Notes under the pieces: model-generated
Database searches by the model: none
Told to the model about the DNA's origin: nothing
What the model saw: only the letters and a program-made list of their open reading frames with translations
Position numbers and translations under genes: made by a program
Shown here: piece by piece, positions 58,731-64,000 of the stretch
Position numbering within the stretch: position 1 is the first letter of the stretch
Layout of the letters: each line of letters opens with the position of its first letter
NCBI GenBank assembly: GCA_965197585.1
Contig: OZ240215.1
Coordinates: 2,528,001 to 2,592,000 of the forward strand
DNA length: 64,000 nt
Reading direction: 5' to 3'
Source of the DNA: Dehalococcoidia bacterium
Lineage (GTDB): Bacteria > Chloroflexota > Dehalococcoidia > Plut-88900

Positions 58731-58958
58731 CTAGTCCGGTTGGCACTCAGCCACTTCGGAAAAATGCCAAGAGTCGAATGCCCTCCGTCCAAACTCCGCA
58801 ATCGCCTTTCCGTTCTCATCCTTCAGTACGAGCCAGTAGCCTTCCGCAGTCACTTCGTGATCAGCCGCTTGAAATGTATCCGTCCGGAATTCTGTGTCAT
58901 ATGAATTCCGGTCTTCGTTCCAATGATTCACCTCTCGACTAATGTAGTAAGTTCTCAC
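58731..58958 (-). CDS. Small hypothetical protein (75 aa)
   Basis: GGGAGG RBS before GTG; acidic/aromatic composition; no family recognised. Confidence 0.4.
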   Translation of the reverse strand: MRTYYISREVNHWNEDRNSYDTEFRTDTFQAADHEVTAEGYWLVLKDENGKAIAEFGRRAFDSWHFSEVAECQPD

Positions 58959-59158
58959 TTTACCCTCCCTTTATTCATTCTAATAGGCGTCCGAGTTCAA
59001 CCGGGGAGTCGATCCTTGCGAGGTCGGCTCCCCAACCTCTACCTTTAGGAATAGCTTAGCAGATTGGAGACCACGGCATTAGGCCCGAACAGGCTCACGA
59101 GCATAGGAAGTCGGACTTGTCAAATCCGCTGTGGAACTAGGTATATAATCCCCTAAGT

Positions 59159-60235
59159 TTAGGACCCGATAAGGCCTGCAAAGTCTATGTCTGGTTGACC
59201 CTGACGGGCATAGTAAGACGAGAACCGGGCAATAATGTCCTTCACAAAGGGAGGCGAAATCTGCACCTCTGGAGGTACCTCAAAGTTGTCACCGATATAG
59301 TCCACTTCCACCGTGGACACGCTCCTAAAGTTAAGGAAGCCCAACGGGAAGAAGTCAGTCTGAGGCAGACAGTGGTAATGCCTTGGGCCGTTGTTTTCTA
59401 GAGCCCTCCTGACTGTAGCCTTCTTGGCCTGACCCAATAAGCCGAGGGACTGAGTGTCAAACCAACTGTACAGAGCGTCAGGTAGGACTATTTCAACCAA
59501 GAGAAACCTGTCGGTATTTCGCTTCCCGTCGGACCTGACTACAAGATCACAATCCGGGCTCAAGACGGCGAATCGCTGGTTGCTTTTCTTGGCCTTCAAG
59601 ATACTGCCAGTACGAACATCTCCGCTGAAAGGTGGGTGGATATAGAACTCTTCGGGAAAGTAGCGTTCTATATCCTCGTCGATCAGTTGGATCAAATGGT
59701 TCAGGATGTGCCTCAGCAGTGTATTTTCTGTTCTGGCTGAGTCGGCCTCACCGTACGCTTCCCATTTTTCTATCTGAGGTAGAATGTTTTTCCAAAACAC
59801 CTCCGCTAACTTGGATTCGATAGTCCCTTTGCCCCCCAGGATACGGGTAAGTCCTGTCTGTTGAATATTCCAGAATCGGTCAAGAAGGTCTCCGAATCCA
59901 GCTCCGGGATCTCCTTTCTTGAACACTCCTAAGTACGAAAAATCCTGGTCGGCGGCACCGGGGGTTCCGGTAAGGATAGCGACGGGGAAGCGGTATTGTC
60001 TGTCCTTTATTAGTTGAACAACATGGTTACCTTCGTCACCTTCATTTCCTAGTCGTAGATCAATTATTGCCCCGTCAAAGGTATCATCCAACTCATCGAA
60101 TGCTTCATCTACGTCCTTACACTCTACAAGATTCACCTCTCGCTGCTTTTCATGACGGTATCTTTCAACTGTGCTTCTACATGTATCGATGTCCTGAGGG
60201 TCATCTTCTACAACAAGAAGTTTGATACTGGTCAT
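59159..60235 (-). CDS. Response-regulator receiver protein with uncharacterised C-terminal domain (RM-associated type)
   Basis: VVEDD, IIDL phospho-Asp, LTG; C-terminal SPDCDL and YYARQGQPD; ATGA overlap with the kinase stop. Confidence 0.8.
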   Translation of the reverse strand: MTSIKLLVVEDDPQDIDTCRSTVERYRHEKQREVNLVECKDVDEAFDELDDTFDGAIIDLRLGNEGDEGNHVVQLIKDRQYRFPVAILTGTPGAADQDFSYLGVFKKGDPGAGFGDLLDRFWNIQQTGLTRILGGKGTIESKLAEVFWKNILPQIEKWEAYGEADSARTENTLLRHILNHLIQLIDEDIERYFPEEFYIHPPFSGDVRTGSILKAKKSNQRFAVLSPDCDLVVRSDGKRNTDRFLLVEIVLPDALYSWFDTQSLGLLGQAKKATVRRALENNGPRHYHCLPQTDFFPLGFLNFRSVSTVEVDYIGDNFEVPPEVQISPPFVKDIIARFSSYYARQGQPDIDFAGLIGS

Positions 60236-62385
60236 TCGCCGCTTTCTCCTACAGCTTGTAGTCTGAACCACGCACCGGTGTCAGATTCGAAGGCCTTCAG
60301 CTCAAGACCATTGCGTGCTGCGGCCTCGCCGGCGATTGGCAAACCGAGTCCGGTGCCTGATTGCTTGGTGGAGAACTGGGGTTCAAATATAACCTCACTG
60401 GCAATTAGGCCAGGATCTATTCCGGGTCCAGTGTCCCGGTAATCTATGTACAGGAGGGAGTTTCCATCTGTCACAGCAACAACGAAAATCTCCTGTTGGG
60501 GACTGTTTTTCTCACTCATCCAGTAAAGGCTATTGTCGATCAGATTGGTGAAAATGGAATAGATATCCTGAGACCAGGCGGAAATTATGAAGTCGTCGGG
60601 ACAGTCCAAATGACTCTCAACATTCTGCGATTTCATTTCCGATGCAAAAACTGAGAAGGTCCCATTTATTGTCTGCTTCAAGTTCAGGGATGTCCTTTTG
60701 GAACGTTTTACAGCCGCTAATGGGTCGAGCCGTCCGAAGAGATGCACGAACACTTCCGCATTTTCTCCAATGCCATCGCCAATAGATACAACCCTATTGA
60801 GATTATCCATTTCCCCGGTTTTGAGGAAAGACTTGTGCCAATACCTGAGATTCGGTATCTGGTTTCTGAAGAAATTAAGGGGCCGACGACCTTCATGAAG
60901 AATGACGTTGATTATCTTCCCCAAAGTCGCCTGGCCCTGGTATATCGCGACAGCTTGGCGAATGTCATCAGCTACCCTGTTTTTCTCCTCCTCATCCCGG
61001 CTGATAAGATCCATGATCTTTTCAGCTGTCTCTCGCCCGACACCGGATTTCGAAAGACTTGAGTGCACATCTCGCTTAAGGTCCTCCGAAGAAAAAAGGC
61101 TGTCCAGTTCACGTTCAATCCTGGCGGCAGGTCGATTGAGACCCGTCCGTCTTCTGTACAGGAAGCGACGTGACTCAAGCTCCGCTATGGCGCTCTTGGT
61201 GATTTCCTTCAATCGGTCAAATGCTTTATTCTCCCTCAAGCCGTCTCTCGCGCTTTTCTCGATCAGGCCGGATTCCTCTTCTGACTGAATCTGAACAAAC
61301 CCGATCACCTGATTACTGCCAATTCGCTGTGACGGGTTCTGAACTCGCTGCTCGTTCAACTTCAACCAGTCAAAATCCGGATCCCCCAGTGGTCGGATGC
61401 GAAATCCATTCCGATAGACACCGATACCGTTGTACTCGTTGAGCAGCTGCCTTGCTTGAAGGTTGCCGACGTAGTTTCCGGAATCGTCCTTGAGCCCACG
61501 CCCAATCAGAGAGTCGATGGACCCCGTGTCCCTGTCATAGACGCGAATATCCAGTAATAGCTCCCCACAGTCTGTGGGTTTGCCGAGGAGGAAAGGGATA
61601 GTTTCATCAGGTGAATTGCGAATCTTCTGCATCGCATATTCCAGCGTACTCCTGCCTTCCGAGGTGATACGGCCTGAAATTCTGTAATCAAAAAGGTCGA
61701 AAATAGGGTAGGGCTGTATGGTTTCGTTTATGTTTTCTACATCGGAAAAACCTCTTACCTTCAGATTAATGCGGAAATCGTCATTACTCAGGGCGACTCC
61801 AACTGGCGACTTCAAACGTCGCAACTCAAAGCGAAGCTTGTTGAATTGCTTCTGGTTCCAATCACTGATAAGCACATCATCTGCTGTTATGGTCAGCCGA
61901 GTGCCGGCGGTCTCGGACGTTTCCGAGGTTTCAACCAGTATTTCGATATCATCCAGGTACTCTGATTTTTCGAATTGGCTCCAATCGATGTATACCTCAG
62001 TCTTCTCACCCTGTTCGGAAACCGTTTCCAGAAGCAAGTCTTTGCCCAAGACCGACGCGGCGTAACGTCCTACACCTTTGCGTCCCTGCATGACTCTTCC
62101 TGCTGGGCTCTTGCGCCTTTTCAGCTTGTCCGATGTCGATGGGACCATCCACTTGTTGAGGACATCCTCTCGGGTCATCCCATGGCCGTGGTCGGAGATG
62201 GCGATAGAGTAACCTCTTCCCCTACTCTTCCGGCTGAATTCGATCTCAACGTCTCTCGAATCGGCGTCGTAGGCGTTCTTGACCAGTTCCACCACTGCCG
62301 CGTAAGGATCCTGAATCAGATCCCTTCCGATGGTGAGTATCAATCGGGCTGCCGGCCTTATTTTATGCGTGTCTGCCTTGCTCAT
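60232..62385 (-). CDS. MORC-type GHKL ATPase fused to histidine kinase
   Basis: ELVKNAYDA, DHGHGM, GRKGVGR; VYRNGFRI; HK boxes ILHEGRRP, NLIDNS, DTGPG, FSTK..GTGLGL. Confidence 0.85.
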   Translation of the reverse strand: MSKADTHKIRPAARLILTIGRDLIQDPYAAVVELVKNAYDADSRDVEIEFSRKSRGRGYSIAISDHGHGMTREDVLNKWMVPSTSDKLKRRKSPAGRVMQGRKGVGRYAASVLGKDLLLETVSEQGEKTEVYIDWSQFEKSEYLDDIEILVETSETSETAGTRLTITADDVLISDWNQKQFNKLRFELRRLKSPVGVALSNDDFRINLKVRGFSDVENINETIQPYPIFDLFDYRISGRITSEGRSTLEYAMQKIRNSPDETIPFLLGKPTDCGELLLDIRVYDRDTGSIDSLIGRGLKDDSGNYVGNLQARQLLNEYNGIGVYRNGFRIRPLGDPDFDWLKLNEQRVQNPSQRIGSNQVIGFVQIQSEEESGLIEKSARDGLRENKAFDRLKEITKSAIAELESRRFLYRRRTGLNRPAARIERELDSLFSSEDLKRDVHSSLSKSGVGRETAEKIMDLISRDEEEKNRVADDIRQAVAIYQGQATLGKIINVILHEGRRPLNFFRNQIPNLRYWHKSFLKTGEMDNLNRVVSIGDGIGENAEVFVHLFGRLDPLAAVKRSKRTSLNLKQTINGTFSVFASEMKSQNVESHLDCPDDFIISAWSQDIYSIFTNLIDNSLYWMSEKNSPQQEIFVVAVTDGNSLLYIDYRDTGPGIDPGLIASEVIFEPQFSTKQSGTGLGLPIAGEAAARNGLELKAFESDTGAWFRLQAVGESGE

Positions 62386-62540
62386 ACCCAGACTTCCCTT
62401 ATCTGTCCGGATGTCTCCCCCCTCAACTGCGCGGGCACTGCATTGCCCACCTGCAGGAATACTGGGGTCTTCCCCAAGTCACCACTGGCTCTCTTCAAAT
62501 GGTAATCATCCAGAAATACTTGCAGCCGCTCGGCCTCTAG
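62382..62540 (-). pseudogene. C-terminal remnant of a second DNA (cytosine-5) methyltransferase
   Basis: Frame reads EAERLQVFLDDY...QVGNAVP (motifs IX and X); its TGA overlaps the MORC-HK ATG. Confidence 0.6.
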
Positions 62541-62669
62541 CCTTCCGTTACCTAGGAAGGCTAGAGGCTCCCGAATACGGTAGGCAACCTCTTCTGATCA
62601 TTTTCTGCCTGTACAAACGAATCTTCAATCCGGTTCGGGGCTTCCTGGACCAGTTTTACGAGGACCTGG

Positions 62670-64000
62670 TCACATTCGGCCATCGCACCAGTCTCGCCCT
62701 ACGGAAACCAAAACCTCACGCCTCTGCCTCTTGTAGGACACGCAAAACGATTTGATCGGACACTCCTCACATTTAGGGTCTCTTGGTCTGCAATAGCGGT
62801 CACCGATCTCAAGCACGGCAGCGTAAGCCATACTAGTGTCACGCACACCAACTAATCGGGCTATGGCAATCTGAGCAGTCAATTGGGACTCAGGCCTTGC
62901 GTTGCCAAATGCGCGTCCCACGAGGCGGCGAGTTGACGTAGTGGGACGCAAGTTGTGGCTCCTGCCAGCAAGAGTCAATGCTACTTTCCAACGTTCTGCT
63001 GACAGTGTCGGAGGAAGCCCTTGTGCTGGGGGCTCATTCAGGTCACTGTTGGAGAGGGTTTTTGCGATTTCATCGAGCATCTCGCAGTCCTTGCCGCTGT
63101 CGGAAACAAGACTGGACTTCCTGCGTTTATCTGAGAGGTAGGTTGCTGAATCTGGCCATAGGGCCTTGTAGTAGGGCCATAGGGTTGCTATTTCACGAGT
63201 TGACTTGCGCTCGAATAGAACTGTCCCCATCAGAATCTGCCACAGTTCCTGGCTCACGCGCCAGGGGGCTCGTAGCTCGGACTCGGTCTTCTGACGGATC
63301 CATTGCACCAAGGCATCGGAGACTTCCGTTGTCCTAATAGGGTGCGATATGCCCTTGTCATGTCCAAGGGACCGCATCAGTGACTTGCCAATCGCACGCG
63401 CCACTAAAGGGGGTACAGCCTCTCCTATTTGCCTAAATGAATGGGAAGGAGTCCCTGCGAACCTGAAGCGATCGGGGAATGTCTGAATCCGGGCTGCTTC
63501 CCTCATCGTCAGTGTTCTGTGATCAGTGGGGTGGATATACCAGTATCCATCGCGTGCGATATGTGCTGTTATTGTTCGAGATGGCTTCTTGGGGTCAAGC
63601 CGTTTGTATTTGTCATCAAAATGATCCGTCGTGTACCGCCGCAAATGGGCAGGTAAATCCGAATAGCGCGTGTTCGACTTCATCAGGCGAAACGCTTGGA
63701 GGTCGTCCTTTCGAACTGATCTCGCGAAGTGATCGTAGACTCGCCCGCCTCGCCCCTGCGGTTGTCCCTTCCGAAACCAGCGTTGCAGCGCAGTCGTCGC
63801 CTCACCCTTTCGACCATAGGGCAAACCGTCATTGACCTCTCCGGCAGTTATCGCAGGCAGATCGGAAATCGCTTCTTCAACTCCTGGTTTATCCTTCCTA
63901 CTTGGCTTGGGCCAAGAAAAGGGAGTGCCTGCTCGCACACCTACAATAAACACCCTGTGCCTGTGCTGAGGGGCTCCGTATTGCCAGGAAGGCACAATAC
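62670..64000 (-). CDS. DNA (cytosine-5) methyltransferase with C-terminal HhH/EndoIII-like 4Fe-4S tail (5' truncated by window edge)
   Basis: YGAPQHRHR (motif VIII), TITAH, REAARIQTFPD (IX), QIGEAVPP (X); terminal C-x6-C-x2-C-x5-C. Confidence 0.85.
   Translation of the reverse strand, partial: IVPSWQYGAPQHRHRVFIVGVRAGTPFSWPKPSRKDKPGVEEAISDLPAITAGEVNDGLPYGRKGEATTALQRWFRKGQPQGRGGRVYDHFARSVRKDDLQAFRLMKSNTRYSDLPAHLRRYTTDHFDDKYKRLDPKKPSRTITAHIARDGYWYIHPTDHRTLTMREAARIQTFPDRFRFAGTPSHSFRQIGEAVPPLVARAIGKSLMRSLGHDKGISHPIRTTEVSDALVQWIRQKTESELRAPWRVSQELWQILMGTVLFERKSTREIATLWPYYKALWPDSATYLSDKRRKSSLVSDSGKDCEMLDEIAKTLSNSDLNEPPAQGLPPTLSAERWKVALTLAGRSHNLRPTTSTRRLVGRAFGNARPESQLTAQIAIARLVGVRDTSMAYAAVLEIGDRYCRPRDPKCEECPIKSFCVSYKRQRREVLVSVGRDWCDGRM

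Noticed and set aside
58984-59040. tRNA fragment or att site (GTTCAA)
   Set aside because: No T-arm stem pairing or cloverleaf; only a simple hairpin.

Overview
GC-rich bacterial chromosomal window. Its gene content suggests Dehalococcoidia/SAR202-like Chloroflexota, possibly sponge-associated; this is inferred from paralog-expanded amidohydrolases, LLM and CoA-transferase genes, the DUF3090-SCO1664 pair and an LRR/CAP surface protein. No rRNA, tRNA or CRISPR array was seen. The window is dominated by tandem paralog expansions of C-N hydrolysing or cyclising enzymes: six 277-aa proteins each made of two fused ectoine-synthase (EctC) cupin domains with no ectA/ectB, five ectoine-hydrolase (DoeA/EutD)-like M24 proteins, three atypical M20 deacylases, three amidohydrolase_2 proteins, a cyclic amidohydrolase, a ureohydrolase and two DUF1989 proteins. 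Accessory modules are interspersed. These include a NYN/PIN-like RNase gene bracketed by two copies of a self-contained small RNA unit (promoter, two hairpins, U-tract), a hicBA pair driven by a duplicated gdh promoter and N-terminus, darTG, a TusA-DsrE-(TusA-MetE) sulfur-relay operon and a crcB pseudogene. At the right end is a C5-methyltransferase / MORC-histidine kinase / response-regulator defence-like island. Intergenic regions carry several families of REP-like palindromes and MITE-like elements. All calls are from motif reading only; no database searches were run.
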